The position numbers and the translations under genes were made by a program. Below the pieces are notes generated by a model, which ran no database searches, had not been told where the DNA came from, and saw nothing but the letters and a program-made list of their open reading frames with translations. A stretch of 64,000 nucleotides of DNA from Eledone cirrhosa (lineage: Eukaryota): contig OZ024740.1 in assembly GCA_964016885.1 (NCBI GenBank), forward strand, positions 12,090,001-12,154,000, given 5' to 3'. Shown piece after piece: positions 13,500-26,700 of this stretch. Position 1 is the stretch's first letter, and each line of letters opens with the position of its first letter.

Positions 13500-16370
13500 T
13501 AGTCTACTCCAGTACTGACTTAGTCTATGTAGACCTGTCTAACCCTTGTTAGCTCTACTTCAGTACTGACTTAGTCTATGTAGACCTGTCTAACCCTTGT
13601 TAGCTCTACTTCAGTACTGACTTAGTCTATGTAGACCTGTCTAACCCTTGTTAGCCCTACTCCAGTACTGACTGGGTCGATATAGACCTGTCTAACCCTT
13701 GTTTGCCCTACTTCAGTACTGACTTAGTCTATGTAGACATGTATAACCCTTGTTAGCCCTACTTCAGTACTGACCTGGTCTATGTAGACCTGTATAACCG
13801 TTGTTAGCCCTACTTCAGTACTGACCTGGTCATGTAGACCTGTCTAACCCTTGTTAGCCCTATTTCAGCAGTTACATAGTCTATGTATTCCTGTCTAACC
13901 CTTGTTAGCCCTACTTCGGTACTGACATGGTCTATGTAGACCTATGTAATTCTTGTTAGCCCCACTCCAGTACAGACTTATTGTATGTAGACCTTTCTAA
14001 CCCTTGTTAGCCCTACTTCAGTACTGACTTAGTCTATGTAGACCTGTCTAACCCTTGTGATCCCTACTTCAGTACTGACCTGTCTATGTAGACCTGTCTA
14101 ACCCTTGTTAGCCTACTCCAATATTGACTTAGTCTATGTAAACCTGTTTAAGCCTTGTTAGCCCTACTCCAGTACTGACTGGGTCGATATAGACCTGTCT
14201 AACCCTTGTTAGCCCTACTTCAGTACTGACTTAGTCTATGTAGACCTGTATAACCTTTGTTAGCCCTAGTTCAGTACTGACCTGGCCTATGTAAACCTGT
14301 ATAACCCTTGTTAGCCCTACTTCAGCACTGACCTGGTCTACGTAGACCTGTATAACCCTTGTTAGCCCTACTTCAGTAGTGACATAGTCTATGTAGTCCT
14401 GTCTAACCCTTGCTAGCCCTACTTCAGTACTGACGTGGTCTATGTAGACCTGTCTAACCCTTGTGAGCCCTACTCCAGTATTTACTTAGTCTATGTAGAC
14501 CTGTCTAACCCTTGTTAGCCTTACTTCTGTACTAACTTAGTCTATGTAGACCTGTATAATCCTTGTTAGCCCTACTCCAGTACTGACTTAGTCTATGTAG
14601 ACCTATCTAATTCTTGTTAGACTTACTTCAGTACTGACTTAGTATATGTAGACCTGACTAACCCTTGTTAGCCCTACTCCAGTACAGACTTAGTGTATGT
14701 AGACCTGTCTAACTCTTGTTAGCCCTACTTCAGTACTGACTTAGTCTATGTAGACCTGTTTAACCCTTGTTAGCCCTACTTCAGTACTGACTTAGTCTAT
14801 GTAAACCTGTCTAACCCTTGTTAGCCCTACTTCAGTACTGACCTGGTCTATGTAGGCCTGTCTAACCCTTGTTAACCCTACTCCAGTACTGACTTAGTCT
14901 ATGTAGACCTGTGTAACCCTTGTTTGCCCTACTCCAGTACTCACTTACTCTATGTAGACCTGTCTAACACTTGTCAGCCCTACTTCAGTACTGACTTAGT
15001 CATGTAGACTTGTATCACCCTTGTTAGCCCTACTTCAGTACTGATTTAGTCTATGTTGACCTGTATAACCCTTGTTAGCCCTACTTCAGTACTGACTTAG
15101 TCTATGTAGACATGTCTAACCCTTGTTAGCCCTACTTCAGTACTGACCTGGTCAATGTAGACATGTCTAACCCGTGTTAGCCCTACTTCAGTACTGACTT
15201 AGTCTATGTAGACCTGTCTAACCCTTGCTAGCTCTACTTCAGTACTGACTTAGTCTATGTAGACCTGTCTAAACCTTGTTAGCCCTACTCCAGTACTGAC
15301 TTAGTCTATGTAGACCTGTCTAACCCTCGTTAGCTCTACTTCAGTACTGACTTAGTCTATGTAGACCTGTCTAACCCTTGTTAGCTCTACTTCAGTACTG
15401 ACTTAGTCTATGTAGACCTGTCTAACCCTTGTTAGCCCTACTCCAGGACTGACTGGGTCGATATAGACCTGTCTAACCCTTGTTTGCCCTACTTCAGTAC
15501 TGACTTAGTCTATGTAGACATGTATAACCCTTGTTAGCCCTACTTCAGTACTGACCTGGTCTATGTAGACCTGTATAACCGTTGTTAGCCCTACTTCAGT
15601 ACTGACCTGGTCATGTAGACCTGTCTAACCCTTGTTAGCCCTAATTCAGCAGTTACATAGTCTATGTATTCCTGTCTAACCCTTGTTAGCCCTACTTCGG
15701 TACTGACATGGTCTATGTAGACCTATCTAATTCTTGTTAGCCCCACTCCAGTACAGACTTATTGTATGTAGACCTTTCTAACCCTTGTTAGCCCTACTTC
15801 AGTACTGACTTAGTCTATGTAGACCTGTCTAACCCTTGTGAGCCCTACTTCAGTACTGACCTGTCTATGTAGACCTGTCTAACCCTTGTTAGCCTACTCC
15901 AGTACTGACTTACTCTATGTAGACCTGTCTAACCCTTGTTAGCCCTACTTCAGTATTGACTTAGTCTATGTAAAGCTGTCTAAGCCTTGTTAGCCCTACT
16001 CCAGTACTGACTGGGTCGATATAGACCTGTCTAAACCTTGTTAGCCCTACTTCAGTACTGACTTAGTCTATGTAGACCTGTATAACCTTTGTTAGCCCTA
16101 GTTCAGTACTGACCTGGCCTATGTAAACCTGTATAACCCTTGTTAGCCCTACTTCAGCACTGACCTGGTCTACGTAGACCTGTATAACCCTTGTTAGCCC
16201 TACTTCAGTAGTGACATAGTCTATGTAGTCCTGTCTAACCCTTGCTAGCCCTACTTCAGTACTGACGTGGTCTATGTAGACCTGTCTAACCCTTGTGAGC
16301 CCTACTCCAGTATTCACTTAGTCTATGTAGACCTGTCTAACCCTTGTTAGCCTTACTTCTGTACTGACTT
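13500..16370 (+). repeat. Duplicated ~1-kb block at an offset of about 1781 bp (about 35 monomers)
   Basis: GTTTGCCCTA is at 13701/15482, followed in both copies by TATAACCGTTG, GGTCATGTAG, CAGCAGTTACATAG, CTTCGGTACTGACATGG and GACCTGGCCTATG. Boundaries are approximate. Confidence 0.78.
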
Positions 16371-17024
16371 AGTCTATGTAAACCTGTCTAACCCTTGTTA
16401 GCCCTAATTCAGTACTGACCTGGTCTATGTAGGCCTGTCTAACCCTTGTTAACCCTACTCCAGTACTGACTTAGTCTATGTAGACCTGTGTAACCCTTGT
16501 TTGCCCTACTCCAGTACTCACTTACTCTATGTAGACCTGTCTAACACTTGTCAGCCCTACTTGAGTACTGACTTAGTCATGTAGACTTGTATCACCCTTG
16601 TTAGCCCTACTTCAGTACTGACCTGGTCTACGTAGACCTGTATAACCCTTGTTAGCCCTACTTCAGTACTGACTTAGTCTATGTAGACCTGTCTAACCCT
16701 TGTTAGCCCTACTTCAGTACTGACCTGGTCAATGTAGACCTGTCTAACCCTTGTTAACCCTACTTAAGTACTGACTTAATCTATGTAGACAGTCTAACCC
16801 TTGCTAGCCCTTCTTCAGTACTGACTTAGTCTATGTAGACCTGTCTAAACCTTGTTAGCCATACTCCAGTACTGACTGGGTCGATATAGACCTGTCTAAC
16901 CCTTGTAAGCCCTACTTCACTACTGACTTAGTCTATGTAGACCTGTCTAACCATTGTTAGCCCTACTTCAGTACTGACCTGGACTATGTAGAACTGTCTA
17001 ACCCTTGTTAGTCTACTCCAGGAC

Positions 17025-20000
17025 TGACTTAGTCTATGTAGACCTGTCTAACCCTTGTTAGTCCTACTCCAGTACTGACTTAGACTATGTGGACCTGTCT
17101 AACCCTTGTTAGCTCTACTTCAGTACTGACTTAGACTATGTAGACCTGTCTAACCCTTGTTAGCCCTACTCCAGTACTGACTGGGTCGATAAAGACCTGT
17201 CTAACCCTTGTAAGCCCTACTTCAGTACTGAGTTAGTCTATGTAGACCTGTCTAACCCTTGTTAGCCCTACTTCAGTACTGACCTGGTCTATGTAGACCT
17301 GTCTAACCCTTGTTACCCTACTTCAGTAGTGACATAGTCTATGTAGTCCTGTCTAACCCTTGTTAATCCCTACTTCAGTACTGACGTGGTCTATGTAGAC
17401 ATGTCTAACCCTAGTTTGCCTACTTCAGCACTGACTAAGTCTATGTAGACCTGTCTAACCCTTGTTAGCCCTACTCCAGTACTGACTTGGTCGATATAGA
17501 CCTGTCTAACCCTTGTTAGCCCTACTTCAGTACTGACTTACTCTATGTAGATTTGTCTAACCCTTGTTAGCCCTTCTTTAGTACTGACCTGATCTATGTA
17601 GACCTGTCTAACCCTTGTAAGCCCTACTCCAGTACTGACTTATTCTATGTAGACCTGTCTAACCCTTGTTAGCCCTACTCCAGTACTGACTTAGTCTATG
17701 TGCACCTGTCTAAACCTTGTTAACCCCACTCCAGTACTGACGTGGTCTATGGAGACCTGTCTAACCCTTGTTACCCCTACTTCAGTATTAACTTAGTCTA
17801 TGTAGACCTGTCTAACACTTGTTAGCCGTACTTCAGTATTGAGCTGGTCTGTGTAGACCTGTCTAACCCTTGTTAACCCCACTCCAGTACTGATGTGGTC
17901 TATGTAGACCTGTCTGACCCTTGTTAGCCCTACTTCAGTACAGACTTAGTCTATGTAGACCTGTCTAACACTTCTTAGCCCTACTTCAGTACTGACCTGG
18001 TCTATGTAGACCTGTCTAACCCTTGTTAACCCTACTTAAGTACTGACTTAATCTATGTAGACATGTCTAACCCTTGCTAGCCCTTCTTCAGTACTGACTT
18101 AGTCTATGTAGACCTGTCTAAGCCTTGTAAGCCCAACTTCTCTACTGACTTAGTCTATGTAGACCTGTCTAACCCTTGTTAGCCCTACTCCAGTACTGAC
18201 TTAGTCTATGTAGAGCTGTCTAACCCTTGCTAGCCCTACTTCAGTACTGACTTAATCTATGTAGACCTGTCTAAACCTTGTTAGCACTACTACTCCAGTA
18301 CTGACTGGATCGATATAGACCTGTCTAACCCTTGTTAGCCCCACTCCAGTACTGACTTAGTCTATGTAGACCTGTCTAACCCTTGTTAGCCATACTTCAG
18401 TACAGACCTGTTCTATGTAGACCTGTCTAACCCTTGTTAGCCTACTCCAGTACTGACTTAGTCTATGTAGACCTTTCTAACCCTTGTTAGCCCTACTCCA
18501 GTACTGACTTAGTCTATGTAGACATGTCTAACCCTTGTTAGCTCTACTTCAGTACTGACTTAGTCTATGTAGACCTGTCTAACCCTTGTTAGCCCTACTT
18601 CAGTACTGACTTAGTCTATGTAGACCTGTCTAACCCTTGTTAGCCCTACTCCAGTACTGACTGGGTCGATATAGACCTGTCTAACCCTTGTTAGCTCTAC
18701 TCCAGTACTTCCTTAGTCTATGTAGACCTGTATAACCTTTGTTAGCCCTACTTCAGTACTGACGTGGTCTATGTAGACCTGTCTAACCCTTGTGATCCCT
18801 ACTCCAGTACTGACTTAGTCTATGTAGACCTATCTAATTCTTGTTAGCCCCACTCCAGTACAGACTTAGTCTATGTAGACCTGTCTAACCCTTGTTAGCC
18901 CTACTTCAGTACTGACTTAGTCTATGTAGACCTGTCTAACCCTTGTTAGTCCTACTCCAGTACTGACTTAGACTATGTGGACCTGTCTAACCCTTGTTAG
19001 CTCTACTTCAGTACTGACTTAGACTATGTAGACCTGTCTAACCCTTGTTAGCCCTACTCCAGTACTGACTGGGTCGATAAAGACCTGTCTAACCCTTGTA
19101 AGCCCTACTTCAGTACTGAGTTAGTCTATGTAGACCTGTCTAACCCTTGTTAGCCCTACTTCAGTACTGACCTGGTCTATGTAGACCTGTCTAACCCTTG
19201 TTACCCTACTTCAGTACTGAAGTACTGACTTAGTCTATGTAGACCTGTATAACCTTTGTTAGCCCTACTTCAGTACTGACCTGGTTATGTAGACCTGTCT
19301 AACCCTTGTTAGCCCTACTTCAGTAGTGACATAGTCTATGTAGTCCTGTCTAACCCTTGTTAATCCCTACTTCAGTACTGACGTGGTCTATGTAGACATG
19401 TCTAACCCTAGTTTGCCTACTTCAGCACTGACTAAGTCTATGTAGACCTGTCTAACCCTTGTTAGCCCTACTCCAGTACTGACTTGGTCGATATAGACCT
19501 GTCTAACCCTTGTTAGCCCTACTTCAGTACTGACTTACTCTATGTAGATTTGTCTAACCCTTGTTAGCCCTTCTTTAGTACTGACCTGATCTATGTAGAC
19601 CTGTCTAACCCTTGTAAGCCCTACTCCAGTACTGACTTATTCTATGTAGACCTGTCTAACCCTTGTTAGCCCTACTCCAGTACTGACTTAGTCTATGTGC
19701 ACCTGTCTAAACCTTGTTAACCCCACTCCAGTACTGACGTGGTCTATGGAGACCTGTCTAACCCTTGTTACCCCTACTTCAGTATTAACTTAGTCTATGT
19801 AGACCTGTCTAACACTTGTTAGCCGTACTTCAGTATTGAGCTGGTCTGTGTAGACCTGTCTAACCCTTGTTAACTCCACTCCAGTACTGATGTGGTCTAT
19901 GTAGACCTGTCTGACCCTTGTTAGCCCTACTTCAGTACAGACTTAGTCTATGTAGACCTGTCTAACACTTCTTAGCCCTACTTCAGTACTGACCTGGTCT

Positions 20001-20720
20001 ATGTAGACCTGTCTAACCCTTGTTAACCCTACTTAAGTACTGACTTAATCTATGTAGACATGTCTAACCCTTGCTAGCCCTTCTTCAGTACTGACTTAGT
20101 CTATGTAGACCTGTCTAAGCCTTGTAAGCCCAACTTCTCTACTGACTTAGTCTATGTAGACCTGTCTAACCCTTGTTAGCCCTACTCCAGTACTGACTTA
20201 GTCTATGTAGAGCTGTCTAACCCTTGCTAGCCCTACTTCAGTACTGACTTAATCTATGTAGACCTGTCTAAACCTTGTTAGCACTACTACTCCAGTACTG
20301 ACTGGATCGATATAGACCTGTCTAACCCTTGTTAGCCCCACTCCAGTACTGACTTAGTCTATGTAGACCTGTCTAACCCTTGTTAGCCATACTTCAGTAC
20401 AGACCTGTTCTATGTAGACCTGTCTAACCCTTGTTAGCCTACTCCAGTACTGACTTAGTCTATGTAGACCTTTCTAACCCTTGTTAGCCCTACTCCAGTA
20501 CTGACTTAGTCTATGTAGACATGTCTAACCCTTGTTAGCTCTACTTCAGTACTGACGTGGTCTATGTAGACCTGTCTAACCCTTGTGATCCCTACTCCAG
20601 TACTGACTTAGTCTATGTAGACCTATCTAATTCTTGTTAGCCCCACTCCAGTACAGACTTAGTCTATGTAGACCTGTCTAACCCTTGTTAGCCCTACTTC
20701 AGTACTGACTTAGTCTATGT
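17025..20720 (+). repeat. Tandem duplication of a ~1.9-kb (about 37-monomer) block with internal indels
   Basis: TAGACTATGTGGAC is at 17081/18969 (offset 1888) and GCACTACTACTCC at 18284/20281 (offset 1997). Both copies share GATAAAGAC, CTAGTTTGCC and GTATTGAGCTGG. Boundaries are approximate. Confidence 0.82.
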
Positions 20721-23700
20721 AGACCTGTCTAACCCTTGTTAGCCCTACTCCAGTACTGACTGGGTCGATATAGACCTGTCTAACCCTTGTTAGCCCTACT
20801 TCAGTACTGACTTAGTCTATGTAGACCTGTCTAACCCTTGTTAGCCCTACTCCAGTACTGACTGAGTCGATATAGACCTGTCTAACCCTTGTTAGGCCTC
20901 CTTCAGTACTGACCTGGTCTATGTAGACCTGTCTAACCCTTGCTAACCCTACTTCAGTACTGACTTAGTCTATGTAGACCTGTCTTACCCTTGTTAGCCC
21001 TACTTCAGTACTGACCTGGTCTATGTAGACCTGTCTAACCCTTGTAAGCCCTACTTCAGTACTGACTGAGTCTATGCAGACCTGTCTAACCCTTGTTAGC
21101 CCTACTTCAATACTGACCTGTTCTATGTAGAACTGTCTAACCCTTGTTAGCCTACTCCAGTACTGACTTAGTCTATGTAGATCTGTCTAACCCGATTCAG
21201 CTCTACTTCAGTACTGACTTAGTCTATGTAGACCTGTCTAACCTTAGTTAGCCCTACTTCAGTAGTGACATAATCTATGTAGAACTGTCTAACCCTTGTT
21301 AGCCCTACGTCAGTACTGACTTAGTCTATGTAGACCTGTATTAACCTTGTTAGCCCTACTTCAATACTGACCTGGTCTATGTAGACCTGTCTAACCCTTG
21401 TTAGCCTACACCAGTACTGATTTAGTCTATGTAGACCTGTCTAACCCTTGTTAGCCCTACTCTAGTACTGACTTAGTCTATGTAGACCTGTCTAAACCTT
21501 GTTAGCCCTACTTCAGTACTGACTTAGTCTATGTAGACCTGTCTAACCCCTGTTAGCCCTACTTCAGTGCTGACTTAGTCTATGTAGACCTGTATAACCC
21601 TTGTTAGCCCTACTTCAGTACTGACCTGGTCTATGTAGACCTGTCTAACCCTTGCTAGCCCTACTTCAGTACTGACCTGGTCTATGTAGGCCTGTCTAAA
21701 CCTTGTTAGCCCTACTCCAGTACTGACTGGGTCGATATAGACCTGTCTAACCCTTGTTAGCCATATTTCAGTACAGACCTGTTCTATGTAGACCTGTCTA
21801 ACCCTTGTTAGCCTACTCCAGTACTGACTTAGTCTATGTAGACCTGTCTAAAACTTGTTAGCCCTACTTCAGTACTGACTTAATCTATGTAGACCTGTCT
21901 AACCCTTGTTAGCCCTACTCCAGTACTGACTGGGTCGATATAGACCTGTCTAACCCTTGTTAGCCTTACTTCAGTACTGACTTAGTCTATGTAGACCTGT
22001 CTAACCCTTGTTAGCCCTACTCCAGTACTGACTGAGTCGATATAGACCTTTCTAACCCTTGTTAGCCCTACTTCAGTACTGACCTGGTCTATGTAGACCT
22101 GTCTAACCCTTGTAAGCCCTACTTCAGTACTGACTTAGTCTATGCAGACCTGTCTAACCCTTGTTAGTCCTACTTCAGTACTGACCTGTTCTATGTAGAC
22201 CTGTCTAACCCTTGTTAGCCTACTCCAGTACTGACTCAGTCTATGTAGACCTGTCTAACCCGATTTAGCTCTACTTCAGTACTGACTTAGTCTATGCAGA
22301 CCTGTCTAACCCTTGTTAGCCCTACTTCAGTACTGACCTGTTCTATGTAGACCTGTCTAACCCTTGTTAGCCTACTCCAGTACTGACTTAGTCTATGTAG
22401 ACCTGTCTAACCCGGTTTAGATCTACTTCAGTACTGACTTAGTCTATGTAGACCTGTCTAACCCTTGTTAGACCTACTTCACTACTGACTTATTCTATGT
22501 AGACCTGTCTAACCCTTGTTAGCCCTACTTCAGTACTGACTTTGTCTATGTTGACCTGTCTAACCCTTGTTAGCCCTACTCCACTGGGTCGATATAGACC
22601 TGTCTAACCCTTGCTAGCCCTACATCAGTACTGACTTAGTATATGTAGACCTGTCTAACCCTTGCTAGCCCGACTTCTGTACTGACGTGGTCTATGTAGA
22701 CCTGTCTAACCTTAGTTAGCCCTACTTCAGTAGTGACATAATCTATGTAGAACTGTCTAACCCTTGTTAGCCCTACTTCAGTACTGACTTAGTCTATGTA
22801 GACCTGTATAACCCTTGTTAGCCCTACTTCAATACTGACCTGGTCTATGTAGACCTGTCTAACCCTTGTTAGCCGACACCAGTACTGATTTAGTCTATGT
22901 AGACCTGTCTAACCCTTGTTAGCCCTACTCTAGTACTGACTTAGTCTATGTAGACCTGTCTAAACCTTGTTAGCCCTACTTCAGTACTGACTTAGTCTAT
23001 GTAGACCTGTCTAATTCTTGTTAGCCCTACTTCAGTGCTGACTTAGTCTATGTAGACCTGTATAACCCTTGTTAGCCCTACTTCAGTACTGACTGAGTCG
23101 ATATAGGCCTGTATAACCCTTGTTAGCCCTACTTCAGTACTGACCTGGTCTATGTAGACCTGTTTAACCCTTGTTAGCCCTACTTCAGTACTGACTTAGT
23201 CTATGTAGACCTGTCTAACCCTTGTTAGCCCTACTCCAGTACTGACTGGGTCGATATAGACCTGTCTAACCCTTGTTAGCCCCACTCCAGTACTGACTTA
23301 GTCTATGTAGACCTGTTTAACCCTTGTTAGCCATACTTCAGTACAGACCTGTTCTATGTAGACCTGTCTAACCCTTGTTAGCCTACTCCAGTACTGACTT
23401 AGTCTATGTAGACCTTTCTAACCCTTGTTAGCCCTACTCCAGTACTGACTTAGTCTATGTAGACATGTCTAACCCTTGTTAGCTCTACTTCAGTACTGAC
23501 TTAGTCTATGTAGACCTGTCTAACCCTTGTTAGCCCTACTTCAGTACTGACTTAGTCTATGTAGACCTGTCTAACCCTTGTTAGCCCTACTCCAGTACTG
23601 ACTGGGTCGATATAGACCTGTCTAACCCTTGTTAGCTCTACTCCAGTACTTACTTAGTCTATGTAGACCTGTATAACCTTTGTTAGCCCTACTTCAGTAC

Positions 23701-26700
23701 TGACGTGGTCTATGTAGACCTGTCTAACCCTTGTGATCCCTACTCCAGTACTGACTTAGTCTATGTAGACCTATCTAATTCTTGTTAGCCCCACTCCAGT
23801 ACAGACTTAGTCTATGTAGACCTGTCTAACCCTTGTTAGCCCTACTTCAGTACTGACTTAGTCTATGTAGACCTGTCTAACCCTTGTTAGCCCTACTCCA
23901 GTACTGACTGGGTCGATATAGACCTGTCTAACCCTTGTTAGCCCTACTTCAGTACTAACTTAGTCTATGTAGACCTGTCTAAGCCTTGTTAGCCCTACTC
24001 CAGTACTGACTGAGTCGATATAGACCTGTCTAACCCTTGTTAGGCCTCCTTCAGTACTGACCTGGTCTATGTAGACCTGTCTAACCCTTGCTAACGCTAC
24101 TTCAGTACTGACTTAGTCTATGTAGACCTGTCTTACCCTTGTTAGCCCTACTTCAGTACTGACCTGGTCTATGTAGACCTGTCTAACCCTTGTAAGCCCT
24201 ACTTCAGTACTGACTTAGTCTATGCAGACCTGTCTAACCCTTGTTAGCCCTACTTCAGTACTGACCTGTTCTATGTAGAACTGTCTAACCCTTGTTAGCC
24301 TACTCCAGTACTGACTTAGTCTATGTAGATCTGTCTAACCCGATTCAGCTCTACTTCAGTACTGACTTAGTCTATGTAGACCTGTCTAACCCCTGTTAGA
24401 CCTACTTCAGTACTGACTTAGTCTATGTAGACCTGTCTAACCTTAGTTAGCCCTACTTGAGTAGTGACATAATCTATGTAGAACTGTCTAACCCTCGTTA
24501 GCCCTACGTCAGTACTGACTTAGTCTATGTAGACCTGTATAACCCTTGTTAGCCCTACTTCAATACTGACCTGGTCTATGTAGACCTGTCTAACCCTTGT
24601 TAGCCTACACCAGTACTGATTTAGTCTATGTAGACCTGTCTAACCCTTGTTAGCCCTACTCTAGTACTGACTTAGTCTATGTAGACCTGTCTAAACCTTG
24701 TTAGCCCTACTTCAGTACAGACTTAGTCTATGTAGACCTGTCTAACCCTTGTTAGCTTTACTTCAGTGCTGACTTAGTCTATGTAGACCTGTATAACCCT
24801 TGTTAGCCCTACTTCAGTACTGACCTGGTCTATGTAGACCTGTCTAACCCTTGCTAGCCCTACTTCAGTACTGACGTGGTCTATGTAGACCTGTCTAACC
24901 CTTGTTAGACCTACTTCACTACTGACTTATTCTATGTAGACCTGTCTAACCCTTGTTAGCCCTACTTCAGTACTGACTTTGTCTATGTTGACCTGTCTAA
25001 CCCTTGTTAGCCCTACTCCACTGGGTCGATATAGACCTGTCTAACCCTTGCTAGCCCTACATCAGTACTGACTTAGTATATGTAGACCTGTCTAACCCTT
25101 GTTAGCCCTACTTCAGTACTGACCTGGTCTATGTAGACCTGTTTAACCCTTGCTAGCCCTACTTTAGTGTTGACTGGTCAATGTAGACCTGTCTAACCCT
25201 TGTTAGCCCTACTTCAGTACTGACTTAGTCTATGTAGACCTTTCTAACCCTTGCTAGCCCTACTTCAGTACTGACCTGGTCTATGTAGGTCTGTCTAAAC
25301 CTTGTTAGCCCTACTCCAGTACTGACTGGGTCGATATAGACCTGTCTAACCCTTGTTAGCCATACTTCAGTACAGACCTGTTTTATGTAGACCTGTCTAA
25401 CCCTTGTTAGCCTACTCCAGTACTGACTTAGTCTATGTAGACCTTTCTAACCCTTGTTAGCCCTACTCCAGTACTGACTTAGTCTATGTAGACCTGTCTA
25501 ACCCTTGTTAGCCCTACTCCAGTACTGACTTAGTCTATGTAGACCTGTCTAACCCTTGTTAGCTCTACTTCAGTATTTACTTAGTCTATGTAGACCTGTA
25601 TAACCCTTGTTAGCCCTACTTCAGTACTGACCTGGTCTATGTTGACCTGTATAACACTTGTTAGCCCTGCTTCAGTACTGACCTGGTTATATAGACCTGT
25701 CTAACCCTTGTTAGCCCTACTCCAGTACTGACTTAGTCTATGTAGACATGTCTAACCCTTGTTAGCTCTACTTCAGTAATGACCTGGTTTATGTAGACCT
25801 GTCTAACCCTTGTTAGCCTACTCCAGTACTGACTTAATCTATGTATACCACTCTAACCCTTGTTAGCCCTACTTCAGTACTGACTGGGTCGATATAGCCC
25901 TGTCTAACCCTTGTTAGCTCTACTTCAGTACTTACTTAGTCTATGTAGACCTGTATAACCTTTGTTAGCCCTACTTCAGTACTGACCTGGTCTATGTAGT
26001 CCTGTCTAACCCTTGCTAGCCCTACTTCAGTACTGACGTGGTCTATGTAGACCTGTCTAACCCTTGTGAGCCCTACTTCAGTACTGACTTACTCTATGTA
26101 GACCTGTCTAACCCTTGTTAGCCCTACTTCAGTACTGACTTAGTCTATGTAGACCTGTCTAACCCTTGCTAACCCTACTTCAGTACTGACTTAGTTTATG
26201 TAGACCTGTCTTACCCTTGTTAGCCCTACTTCAGTACTGACTTAGTCTATGCAGACCTGTCTAACCCTTGTTAGCCCTACTTCAGTACTGACCTGTTCTA
26301 TGTAGACCTGTCTAACCCTTGTTAGCCTACTCCAGTACTGACTTAGTCTATGTAGACCTGTCTAACCCGGTTTAGATCTACTTCAGTACTGACTTAGTCT
26401 ATGTAGACCTGTCTAACCCTTGTTAGACCTAATTCACTACTGACTTAGTGTATGTAGACCTGTCTAACCCTTTTAGCCCTACTTCAGTACTGACTTAGTC
26501 TATGTTGACCTGTCTAACCCTTGTTAGCCCTACTTCAGTGCTGACTTAGTCTATGTAGACCTGTATAAACCTTGTTAGCCCTACTTCAGTACTGACTGAG
26601 TCGATATAGGCCTGTATAACCCTTGTTAGCCCTACTTCAGTACTGATCTGGTCTATGTAGACTTGTCTAACACCTGCTAGCCCTACTTTAGGGTTGACTG

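Noticed and set aside
16063-16317. Minus-strand ORF of 84 aa with the same 17-aa repeat
   Set aside because: Same artefact: several consecutive monomers with GTG, ATA and CTG loops lack the stop. Most monomers in the array carry the stop and frameshifting indels are common, so the array is not a repeat-protein gene.
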